Below, one piece after another: positions 28,713 through 38,139 of a stretch of 64,000 bases of DNA. The DNA is taken from assembly GCA_964430735.1 (NCBI GenBank), contig CAYSFB010000004.1, forward strand, positions 104,040 through 168,039. The letters are read 5' to 3'. The notes below the pieces were generated by a model that saw only the letters and a list, made by a program, of their open reading frames with translations, was not told the DNA's origin and did no database searches. Source of the DNA: an uncultured Planctomycetia bacterium (GTDB lineage: Bacteria; Omnitrophota; Gorgyraeia; 2-02-FULL-51-18; JAGOUK01). A program made the translations under genes and the position numbers. Every line of letters begins with the position of its first letter. Position 1 is the stretch's first letter.

Positions 28713-29873
28713 ATGAAAGTCGCGTTGATCTGGTCCAATTTCATGTCCTACCACGTGGCGAGACTTCGCGCGCTTCAGGAGAAGAGTGCGGACGACGTTC
28801 TGGGGATCGAATTGACCGGTGCGGGGGACAGCGCGGGTCTGGCCCTCTGGCAGAGCCGGGAGAGGCAGGGGCTTCGAATTGAGACACTTTTTCCAGAAAC
28901 GGATTTGAGGACGCTGCCGCCGGGCCGGATTGCGGAATCGCTGATCCGCAAGATGACCGAGAACGGAATTCAGGCGGTATTCGTGAACGGATACGGAACG
29001 CCGGAGATGCGGCGCGTCATCCGATGGGCCGGAAGAAGCGGCGTGGCGTGTTATATTTTTTCGGAAACCAAGAAAAACGACTTCAGGCGGTTTTTCTGGA
29101 AGGAATGGTTCAAGAGGTGGATTCTGCGCGGGGTGGACGGGGCCATTTGCGGCGGCAGGCTTCATCGGGAGTATCTGGAGGACCTGGGGATGCCGGCAGA
29201 ACGCATCTTCACCGGATACGACGTCGTCGACAACGCTTTTTTTGCGGTCCGCAGCGACGAGGCGAGAGGCCGCGCGGCCGAGATGAGACTTGCGCACGCG
29301 CTGCCGGCCCGTTATTTTTTATCCGTCTGCCGTTTTGTGGAAAAGAAGAACCTGGAACGTTTGATCTCGGCCTACCAGCATTATCGGCAGAGCTGTTCCG
29401 GAGGCGATCCGTGGGCACTCGTGCTGTGCGGAGCAGGGCCTCTCGAAACCCGTCTCAAGGATCGGGTGCGAGAAGAGGGTATTCCGGGCGTCGTGTTTGC
29501 CGGTTCCAGGACGTCGGAAGAGCTCGCCGTTTATTACGGGTTGTCCGAATGTTTCGTGCTGGCGAGCACCACGGAGCAGTGGGGGTTGGTGGTCAACGAG
29601 GCCATGGCCAGCGGAGTACCGGTGCTGGTGAGCCGGGCGGCCGGCGCGGCCGACGAACTGATCGAAGAGGGGGTGAACGGATTTACATTCGACCCATTCA
29701 ATATCGGCCAGATCGCCGCACATTTTTGTAAAATACATGCGATGTCCGGCGTTGAGCGCGCGGCCCTGGGGCGCCGGGGAAGGGGCAAAGTGGCGGAGTA
29801 TTCACCCGGGCATTTTGCGGACGGCGTTTTATCGGCGCTCCGTATACAGCCGCGAAATCAAGAGAGAAGGTAG
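28713..29873 (+). CDS. Family 4 glycosyltransferase
   Basis: The sequence FVLASTTEQWGLVVNEAMASGVPVLVSRAAGAADELIEEGVNGFTFDP carries an EX7E motif. Confidence 0.75.
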   Translation: MKVALIWSNFMSYHVARLRALQEKSADDVLGIELTGAGDSAGLALWQSRERQGLRIETLFPETDLRTLPPGRIAESLIRKMTENGIQAVFVNGYGTPEMRRVIRWAGRSGVACYIFSETKKNDFRRFFWKEWFKRWILRGVDGAICGGRLHREYLEDLGMPAERIFTGYDVVDNAFFAVRSDEARGRAAEMRLAHALPARYFLSVCRFVEKKNLERLISAYQHYRQSCSGGDPWALVLCGAGPLETRLKDRVREEGIPGVVFAGSRTSEELAVYYGLSECFVLASTTEQWGLVVNEAMASGVPVLVSRAAGAADELIEEGVNGFTFDPFNIGQIAAHFCKIHAMSGVERAALGRRGRGKVAEYSPGHFADGVLSALRIQPRNQERR

Positions 29874-29877
29874 GAAT

Positions 29878-30408
29878 ATGTTGTTGTGGAAAAAGAAGCG
29901 GACGCCGGCCGTGATTTGGTTCACCGGGCTTTCCGGAGCCGGCAAGTCCACGATCGGCGAGCAGATGGCGAAGGAACTCAAAGCGCGGGGGATCGATTTT
30001 GAGTGGCTGGACGGCGATTCGATCCGGGACATCTTTCCGGGGACCGGGTTTTCCAAGGAAGAGCGCATCAAGCATATCGCCCGGGTCGGGCACCTGGCGA
30101 GCGTTTTGGAGCGGCACGGCGTATTCGTTCTGGCGACTTTCGTCTCGCCCTATGAGGCTTCCCGCGACTTCGTCCGGTCCATCTGCAAAAATTACGTGGA
30201 AGTGTACGTATCGACCGATTTGGCGGAATGTGAGCGGCGCGATGTTAAAGGCCTCTACAAAAAAGCCCGCAAAGGGGAGATCCAGAACTTTACCGGGATC
30301 AGCGATCCTTATGAAGTTCCGACGCGTCCGGATCTTGTGATCAATACTCAGGAAGTGCCCGTTGCCCGGGCGGTCCGGATGATTCTGGACCGGCTCAAGA
30401 TCCGCTGA
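29878..30408 (+). CDS. cysC: Adenylylsulfate (APS) kinase
   Basis: The P-loop is VIWFTGLSGAGKSTIG. The blocks LDGDSIR, FVSPY and LYKKARKGEIQNFTGISDPYE are present, and the length (176 aa) is typical. Confidence 0.85.
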   Translation: MLLWKKKRTPAVIWFTGLSGAGKSTIGEQMAKELKARGIDFEWLDGDSIRDIFPGTGFSKEERIKHIARVGHLASVLERHGVFVLATFVSPYEASRDFVRSICKNYVEVYVSTDLAECERRDVKGLYKKARKGEIQNFTGISDPYEVPTRPDLVINTQEVPVARAVRMILDRLKIR

Positions 30409-30413
30409 GAAGA

Positions 30414-30442
30414 TTGATACCGCGGGGTTCAGAGGTTATACT
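30414..30442 (+). promoter_or_regulatory. Consensus-like sigma70 promoter: TTGATA, 17-nt spacer, TATACT
   Basis: The -35 and -10 hexamers have ideal spacing, ~75 nt upstream of the repeat-protein ATG. Confidence 0.5.
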
Positions 30443-30516
30443 ATTTTGAACATTCGCCGACAAAAATGAGTGCGAATCGCGTACTTAACCGGATGACAAG
30501 GAGAAATACACAGACC

Positions 30517-30810
30517 ATGAAGAACCGCCTGGCCGTTTGCACTTTCGTGTTGGGAGCCGTCGTTGCCTGCGCTTCCGCTTATGCCGATGACAACGCCGTC
30601 ACTCAGGCCGTCAGCACCACCGTGACCACCACGGCCAACGTCGTGACCGGCACCGCCGACGCCGTTTACAAGGCCCCCGGTCAGGTCGTCGACGCGACCT
30701 ACAAGGCCCCCGGCCAGGTCGTGGACGCCACCTACAAAGCCCCGGGTCAGGTCGTCGACGCGGTCAGCTCGGTCGTGAACAACTTCGTTCCCGGCAACAA
30801 GAAGAGCTAA
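30517..30810 (+). CDS. Small secreted protein with three tandem 12-aa repeats (YKAPGQVVDA[TV])
   Basis: An AAGGAG RBS is present. The signal peptide is MKNRLAVCTFVLGAVVACASAYA. Three tandem 36-nt units at 30664-30771 encode (V/T)YKAPGQVVDAT. The gene has its own promoter and terminator. Confidence 0.55.
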   Translation: MKNRLAVCTFVLGAVVACASAYADDNAVTQAVSTTVTTTANVVTGTADAVYKAPGQVVDATYKAPGQVVDATYKAPGQVVDAVSSVVNNFVPGNKKS

Positions 30811-30841
30811 TGCTTGAGGGTTCCTTCGGGAGCCCGGAATT

Positions 30842-30884
30842 CCCGCCAGACCTCCGGTCGATCCGGGCGTCTGGCGGGTTTTTC
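30842..30884 (+). terminator. Rho-independent terminator
   Basis: A cccgccagac...gtctggcggg stem is followed by TTTTT. Confidence 0.6.
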
Positions 30885-30894
30885 ATTTTGACCC

Positions 30895-31635
30895 ATGGTC
30901 CAATTTTATCTTCCCCCTGACCGCTGGAAGTCCGAGGACGCCGAGCTGCATCTGGAAGGCGACGAAGCGCGGCATGCGCGCGACGTGTTCCGTCTGGCGC
31001 CGGGCGACCCGATCCGTATCTTCGACGGGCTCGGTTCCGCGGCCGAGGCGCGGATCCGGAGCGCTTCAAAATCGGCGCTCGGTCTTCAGATCGAAAAAAA
31101 GCTTCCGTCCGACCCCGCGCCTCCGGTGCGCATCGATCTGGCTCAGGCGCTCGTCCCGCACGAGACGATGGACGAAATCGTCCGCCAGGCGTCCGAACTG
31201 GGAGCCGCCCGGATCTGGCCGGTGCTGTGCGAACGCAGCATCGTCCGGCTCGATGCGGAAAAGCGCATTTCCAAGCTGGAGCATTGGAAAAAAACGGCGC
31301 TGGCCGCCTGCAAGCAATGCGACCGCAACACGCTTCCCGAGGTGATGCCGGTGGTGACCGCCAAGGAGCTGGCGGAACATTTTTTGGAATACGACGCCGT
31401 GCTGGCCGCCTGTCCCGTCGCTCCGGAGGGGCGTCTCGACAGCTGGGCTGCCGCCGCCGTGCGTCCCCGGCGCATCCTGGTCGCGATCGGACCCGAGGGG
31501 GACTTCTCGCCTGCGGAAATGAAGCTTTTTAAGGAGCGCGGAGCCGCATCCGTCACGCTCGGACCGTTGATTCTGCGCAGCGATACGGCTGCCGCCGCCG
31601 CGCTCGCCGTCCTCCAATTCCTGTCCCACAAGTAA
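30895..31635 (+). CDS. rsmE: 16S rRNA (uracil1498-N3)-methyltransferase
   Basis: The sequence RFYLPPD...GDEARHARDVFRLAPGDPIRIFDG...IGPEGDFSPAE matches the RsmE family and the length is typical. Confidence 0.8.
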   Translation: MVQFYLPPDRWKSEDAELHLEGDEARHARDVFRLAPGDPIRIFDGLGSAAEARIRSASKSALGLQIEKKLPSDPAPPVRIDLAQALVPHETMDEIVRQASELGAARIWPVLCERSIVRLDAEKRISKLEHWKKTALAACKQCDRNTLPEVMPVVTAKELAEHFLEYDAVLAACPVAPEGRLDSWAAAAVRPRRILVAIGPEGDFSPAEMKLFKERGAASVTLGPLILRSDTAAAAALAVLQFLSHK

Positions 31636-31672
31636 GCCCGTTCCGCCCCCGAACCGCGCGTGAAGAACCGTT

Positions 31673-31744
31673 TTGTCAAGCGGTCTGTCAAGCCCCCCTC
31701 CTTCCCTCGAGAAACAGGCCTCCGGGGAAGGGGCTTGTCAAGCG
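31673..31744 (+). promoter_or_regulatory. Three direct repeats of TGTCAAGC upstream of cvpA-dnaG-rpoD; candidate operator
   Basis: The repeats are ttgtcaagcg (31673-31682), ctgtcaagcc (31685-31694) and ttgtcaagcg (31735-31744). A TATACT -10-like box follows. Confidence 0.25.
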
Positions 31745-31874
31745 TTTGGGCCATATACTTTTTTGTATATTAACCCCTTGAAGTCACCACGACCCTCGTG
31801 TATACTTCGGTATCTCGATTTCCGGAGAGCTCTCACAAAACATCCGATTTTAGTTCAAGACACGAGGCGCAAGC

Positions 31875-32417
31875 ATGGATCAGGCGATTCAGCAGGTCAG
31901 TGAATTTTTGCAAACGCTCAGTTGGGTTGATTACGTGATCGCCGCCGGCATCGGCCGCGGAATTTTTGTCGGTTACAAGGCGGGCGGCTTCGTCGAGCTG
32001 ACGCGCTGGGTGGTTCTGCTTCTGACGCTCGCGGTGATCGTGGCGTTCAACGGAACGCTCGCGGCCTACGTCCAGAACCACACGCTGCTGAGCGCGGATC
32101 TTTCCCAGAAGACGGTGATCGTCCTGCTCGGCGTGATCACGTTCATGGTGCTGGGCTGGATCATGGGAATGATCCTCAAGTTCGCGTCGATGGATAACAA
32201 CTGGGTGATGAAAATCATCGGCATCACGCTCGGCGGCCTGCGCTGGGCCCTGATTTTGAGCTTTGCTTTGTTCGCCTTGAATTCGCTCGAATTGCTCGTG
32301 ATCGGCAAGGACGTGCTCCAGCAGTCTCGCTGGGGCGGGGCGATCGAGCCGATCGCGCCCGGCGTGATCGACTTCGCGAACGGCACGGTTCCCAAGGCTT
32401 CGTTCGACCTTAAGTAG
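31875..32417 (+). CDS. cvpA: CvpA-family membrane protein
   Basis: The N-terminus is typical for CvpA (WVDYVIAAGIGRGIFVGYKAGGFVELTRWVVLL). Multiple TM helices are present. Confidence 0.7.
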   Translation: MDQAIQQVSEFLQTLSWVDYVIAAGIGRGIFVGYKAGGFVELTRWVVLLLTLAVIVAFNGTLAAYVQNHTLLSADLSQKTVIVLLGVITFMVLGWIMGMILKFASMDNNWVMKIIGITLGGLRWALILSFALFALNSLELLVIGKDVLQQSRWGGAIEPIAPGVIDFANGTVPKASFDLK

Positions 32418-32439
32418 ACTCAAAGCCAGACAGGATTTT

Positions 32440-34213
32440 TTGACGATGATCCCTCAGAACGTGCTGGACCAGATCCAGGACCGGTGCGACATCGTCGAGG
32501 TGATCCAGCGGGTCGTTCCGCTCAAGCGCGCGGGCAAGGGTTTTTCGGCGACGTGTCCGTTCCATTCGGAAAAGTCGCCCTCGTTCACGGTCAGCCCGGA
32601 CAAACAGATTTTTCACTGCTTCGGGTGCGGCGCCGGCGGCAACGTGTTCACGTTTGTGATGAAGTACGAGAAGCTGACCTTTCCGGAAGCGGTGCGGCAG
32701 CTGGCGCAGAGCGCGGGCATTCTGCTCGCCGAGGACGAGGAGTTCCGGAAGCGCGAAGACACGCGGCAGCCGCTGTACGCGGCGATGCAGGCGGCGACGG
32801 ACTTTTTTAGAAAAACCCTGCAGGCCCAGGGCGCGGAGGCGCCGGTCCAAAAGTATATCGCCAAGCGACGGCTCACGGACGCAGCCCTTTCGAAGTTCAA
32901 GATTGGTTTTTCTCCCGAGGCGTGGGACGGGCTGCTCAAGTCGCTCGCGAAGGACCACGGGGTCGAGACGCTTACGCGCTGCGGGCTGCTTCTCGAGCGC
33001 GAAAACAAGAGCGGTCACTACGACCGGTTCCGGAACCGGATGATGTTTCCGATCACGGACACCAAGGGCCGGGTGATCGGGTTCGGCGGCCGGGTGCTGG
33101 ACGATTCGCAGCCCAAGTACGTGAATTCGCCGGAGACGGAGATTTATCACAAGGGCCGGGTGCTGTACGGTTTTTATGAGGGTCTGGACGCGATCCGGAA
33201 CGAGAACCGGGTCCTCCTCGTCGAAGGGTACATGGACGTGGTCGGCTGTCACGAGGCCGGCGTCGAGATCGCGGCCGCGGCGTCCGGAACGTCGCTGACG
33301 ACGGATCAGATCCGGGCGATCAAACGCTTCACGTCCAACGTGACGGTGCTGTTCGACGCGGACAAGGCCGGCGAAAACGCGACTCTGCGCGGCCTGGACC
33401 TTTTGGTCGAAGAAAATTGTTCGGTGCTCGTCGCGTCGCTCGAACAGGGGCATGACCCCGATTCGTACGTCAGGGAATTTGGCGCCGAGAAGTTCCGCGC
33501 GGCGGTCGACGCGGCGCTGCCGCTCTTCGATTACAAGTATCAGCTGCTCGCCCGGCGCAACGACGCGCGCCGCGTCGAGGGCAAGGTGAGGATCGCGGCG
33601 GAGATGCTCACGACGATCCGCCGGATCCCGAACGAGATCACGAAGGCCGGCTATGTGGCGGAGTTGTCGCGCCGGCTCGGCGTCTCCGAAGACGCCCTCA
33701 AGGTGGAGCTCGCGAAGGCCGCGTCGGCGCCCCGGGCGGTCGAGCTCGCGACCCCGAGGGAGGAACTGGGAGTTCCCGAGCGTCCGCGCGGCCCGGTCCC
33801 GGCCATCGAAAAATTGCTGCTCGGCCTCCTGATCACGACGCCGAAGATCTGGACGAAGGGACGCGAGCGGTTCACGATCGAAGATTTTGCGCACGAAGAG
33901 GCCAAAGCGCTGGCCCGGATGGTGTTCGGCGCCGGCGGGTGGGAAGAGATCCAGCCCTCGCGGATCATGAACGCGGTTCAGGACCGGGAAACGGCGTCGC
34001 TGCTCGTCCGTCAGGCGGTGCACGAAGCCGAGATCGTCGAAGACGCCGACCGGGCGTTCGAGGATTGCCTGAGGCGGCTCGGCTCGGACCGCGACAAGGA
34101 TCGGCTCAAGCGGATGCGCGAAGAAATTGCGGCGTGCGAAAAGTCGAACGACCGCGAACGTTTGAACGTTTTGTTGAGAGAATTTGAATTAACCAGCAGA
34201 AAGGCAAAGCCCA

Positions 34214-34236
<23 letters not shown>
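32440..34236 (+). CDS. dnaG: DNA primase
   Basis: The zinc-binding domain is [34 protein letters not shown]. The TOPRIM motifs LVEGYMDV and DADKAGENA are present. Confidence 0.9.
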
Positions 34237-36082
<1,846 letters not shown>

Positions 36083-36106
36083 TTCTTAGAGGATCAATCG
36101 GGGAAA

Positions 36107-36140
36107 AGGGGTTCGCCGGAGACGGCGGACCCCTTTTTGT
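36107..36140 (+). terminator. Rho-independent terminator after rpoD
   Basis: A ggggttcgccg/gaga/cggcggacccc stem is followed by TTTTT. Confidence 0.6.
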
Positions 36141-36167
36141 TTGGGGTCCTCCCCGGATCCGGGGAAC

Positions 36168-36179
36168 TGTGCTAGAATC
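36168..36179 (+). promoter_or_regulatory. Possible extended -10 promoter (TGn-TAGAAT) for the tRNA-Met/tRNA-Val unit
   Basis: The sequence tgtgcTAGAAT lies ~18 nt upstream of the tRNA-Met 5-prime end. No good -35 is present. Confidence 0.3.
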
Positions 36180-36196
36180 TTGAACCAAAGTTTTAC

Positions 36197-36270
36197 GGGC
36201 CCATAGCTCAGTTGGTTAGAGCAGGTGACTCATAATCACTTGGTCCCTGGTTCAAGTCCAGGTGGGCCCA
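36197..36270 (+). tRNA. tRNA-Met (anticodon CAT; elongator type with fully paired acceptor; could alternatively be lysidine tRNA-Ile2)
   Basis: The sequence gggccca ta gctc agttggtta gagc a ggtga ctCATaa tcact tggtc cctgg ttcaagt ccagg tgggccc a folds as a cloverleaf. CCA is not encoded. Confidence 0.8.
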
Positions 36271-36404
36271 AAGTCGTTCGCTGAAAAAGGCGCATCTGCG
36301 GCGTTGCCGGCGCGCTCACGTAGCTACCGCTACGCATCGCGCACCGGCGCCTTGCATCTGCACCTTTTTGAGCGAACGACTGTGATCAAAAAAAATGACA
36401 GTTT
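36271..36404 (+). other. ~130-nt highly structured spacer between two tRNA genes (long imperfect hairpin with nested stems)
   Basis: The arm gtcgttcgctgaaaaaggcgcatctgcgg pairs with the downstream ccttgcatctgcacctttttgagcgaacgac at ~22 of 27 bp. Inside are ccggcgcgc/gcgcaccgg and cgtag/ctacg sub-stems. An A8 tract follows. Confidence 0.45.
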
Positions 36405-36481
36405 GGGCAATTAGCTCAGTTGGTTAGAGCACATCGTTCACATCGATGGGGTCAGAGGTTCGAGTCCTCTATTGCCCACCA
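36405..36481 (+). tRNA. tRNA-Val (anticodon CAC)
   Basis: The sequence gggcaat ta gctc agttggtta gagc a catcg ttCACat cgatg gggtc agagg ttcgagt cctct attgccc a cca folds as a cloverleaf. CCA is encoded. Confidence 0.85.
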
Positions 36482-36492
36482 TTAGGATCCAT

Positions 36493-37206
36493 ATGGCACA
36501 CACGCTGACCGATCAAATCAAGGTTCTCATCGAGCTCCAGAAGATCGACGGCCGGATCTTCGAGCTGCGGCGCTCGTTGGAAGCTTTTCCCGCCAGGAAA
36601 AAGACGATCGAAACCAAGCTCGCCGCCGCCAAAACCCGCTTCGCGGCCGCCGAAGAAAACGTCAAAAAGCTCCAGGTGAAGCAAAAAGAACTCGAGAACG
36701 ACGCGCTCGCCAAAGAGAACCAGGGCAAGAAGTACCAGCAGCAGCAGGCGTCCGTGAAGACCAATCAGGAATACGCGGCCCTCACCAAAGAGATCCAGAA
36801 CGCCGCCGCCGACAAGTCGCTCATCGAAGATCAGATCCTCAAGCTCATGGACGAGATTGAAGGGCAAAAAAAATTCATCCAGGACGAGAAAAAAGTTCTC
36901 GCCGATTCCGAAGCCGCCGTGAAGCAGGAGCTCGAAACGATCGCCCGCGAAACCGCCGCGATCACGCAGCAGGTCGATGCCTTGAACGCGGAACGCAAGC
37001 AGCACACGCCCCAGGTGGCGCCGGACACGCTGGCTCAGTACGACCGGATTCTCGCCAAGCGCGACGGCAAGGCGTTGGCCGCCCTGAACGGCGAGTCCTG
37101 CAGCGGTTGCGGGTTGGCGTTTCCTCCCCAGACGGTCAACGAGATCAAGATGAAAGAGTCGATGATCTTTTGCGAGTCCTGCAGCCGTATCGTCTATGAC
37201 GCATAA
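36493..37206 (+). CDS. COG1579-type coiled-coil protein with C-terminal C4 zinc ribbon
   Basis: The ATG lies 12 nt after the tRNA-Val end. A long coiled-coil (ELQKIDGRIFELRRSLEAFPARKKTIETKL...) leads to CSGCG...FCESC. Confidence 0.7.
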   Translation: MAHTLTDQIKVLIELQKIDGRIFELRRSLEAFPARKKTIETKLAAAKTRFAAAEENVKKLQVKQKELENDALAKENQGKKYQQQQASVKTNQEYAALTKEIQNAAADKSLIEDQILKLMDEIEGQKKFIQDEKKVLADSEAAVKQELETIARETAAITQQVDALNAERKQHTPQVAPDTLAQYDRILAKRDGKALAALNGESCSGCGLAFPPQTVNEIKMKESMIFCESCSRIVYDA

Positions 37207-37606
37207 GGAACTTCATATCTTTGTCGACGGGGCATCCCGCGGCAACCCCGGACCCGCATCCGTCGGCGTCCTCATCCTCGATCCTTCCGGCGAGACCGTC
37301 AAAACGATTTCCGAATACATCGGCACCGCGACCAACAACATCGCCGAATACTTCGCCCTGATCTACGCCCTGCAGGAAGCGATCGCCCTCGGAGCGAAGA
37401 AAGTCGCGGTCAAGACCGACAGTCAGCTCATGGCGCGCCAGTTCAGCGGGGAGTACGAGACCCGCGAGCCGCATGTGAAGCTGCTCTACAAGATCGTGAA
37501 GCGGCTGGCGACGTATTTTGAGCGCTGCACGGTGACGCATATCCCCCGGGAAGAGAACCGGGAGGCGGATCGGCTGGCCGGCAAGGCCGTCGAGGCCGTC
37601 CAGTAG
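37196..37606 (+). CDS. RNase H-like (ribonuclease HI family) protein
   Basis: The sequence reads IFVDGASRGNPGPASVGVLI...TNNIAEYFALIYALQEA...VKTDSQLM...EENREADRLA. The DEDD-type RNase H catalytic residues are present. It overlaps the upstream gene by 11 nt. Confidence 0.7.
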   Translation: MTHKELHIFVDGASRGNPGPASVGVLILDPSGETVKTISEYIGTATNNIAEYFALIYALQEAIALGAKKVAVKTDSQLMARQFSGEYETREPHVKLLYKIVKRLATYFERCTVTHIPREENREADRLAGKAVEAVQ

Positions 37607-37647
37607 TTTTTTGATAGAACTGTCAAAAACTGCTCAATCCTGTTACC

Positions 37648-37676
37648 TTGAAAAGCCCTTGTGGCTCGGGTATACT
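37648..37676 (+). promoter_or_regulatory. Consensus-like sigma70 promoter: TTGAAA, 17-nt spacer, TATACT
   Basis: Near-perfect hexamers with ideal spacing lie ~90 nt upstream of the ComFB-like ATG. An AT-rich UP-like region sits upstream. Confidence 0.5.
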
Positions 37677-37769
37677 GGCCCAGTCCCCAGTTATTTATAG
37701 AGTTCAACGTCTCCAGTTTTTCGGGTTCGATTTTATTCATTATCATTCGGAATTTTTAAGGACAATTTT

Positions 37770-38114
37770 ATGAAGCGCAAGACCGCCGCGAGCAAATCCG
37801 CCTCCAAAGCCGATCAAAAAGAGTACCATGTGTTCAATTACATGGAAGAGCTCGTGAACATCACGCTCAAGGGTCTCATCTCGCAGCTTCCCGACAAGAC
37901 CCGTCCGTCCGGCCGCGAAGAAGTCGACATCCGTGCTTTGGCGCTCAACCGCCTGTGGCCGATGTACGTCACGACCGAGAAGGGCAAGAAGTTCGTCCAG
38001 CGCGATGTCGTGACCGACAAGATCGACCGCGACGTGACCCGCGAACTCCGGGCCGCGCTTGAGATCGTGTCGAAACACCCGGCGCCGAAGACCTCGACTC
38101 CCGTTTCCGCTTAA
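37770..38114 (+). CDS. ComFB-like (late competence protein ComFB family) small protein
   Basis: An AAGGA RBS is present. The core EVDIRALALNRLWPMYVTTEKGKKFVQRDV resembles the ComFB motif D..A.ALN.LPP.YV.T. The cysteines seen in some family members are absent. Confidence 0.5.
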   Translation: MKRKTAASKSASKADQKEYHVFNYMEELVNITLKGLISQLPDKTRPSGREEVDIRALALNRLWPMYVTTEKGKKFVQRDVVTDKIDRDVTRELRAALEIVSKHPAPKTSTPVSA

Positions 38115-38139
38115 GCAAATCCCTTTCGCTTGAACTATA

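Noticed and set aside
30664-30771. Three tandem 36-nt repeats, briefly considered as a mini CRISPR-like array or VNTR
   Set aside because: There are only three imperfect units with no spacers, and they lie in frame inside a small secreted ORF, so they encode a peptide repeat. No cas genes are present anywhere in the window.
36151-36164. Perfect palindrome ccccggatccgggg after the rpoD terminator
   Set aside because: It is a 14-nt palindrome with no loop, sitting next to a genuine terminator. It is probably part of the terminator/promoter spacer with no independent function discernible.
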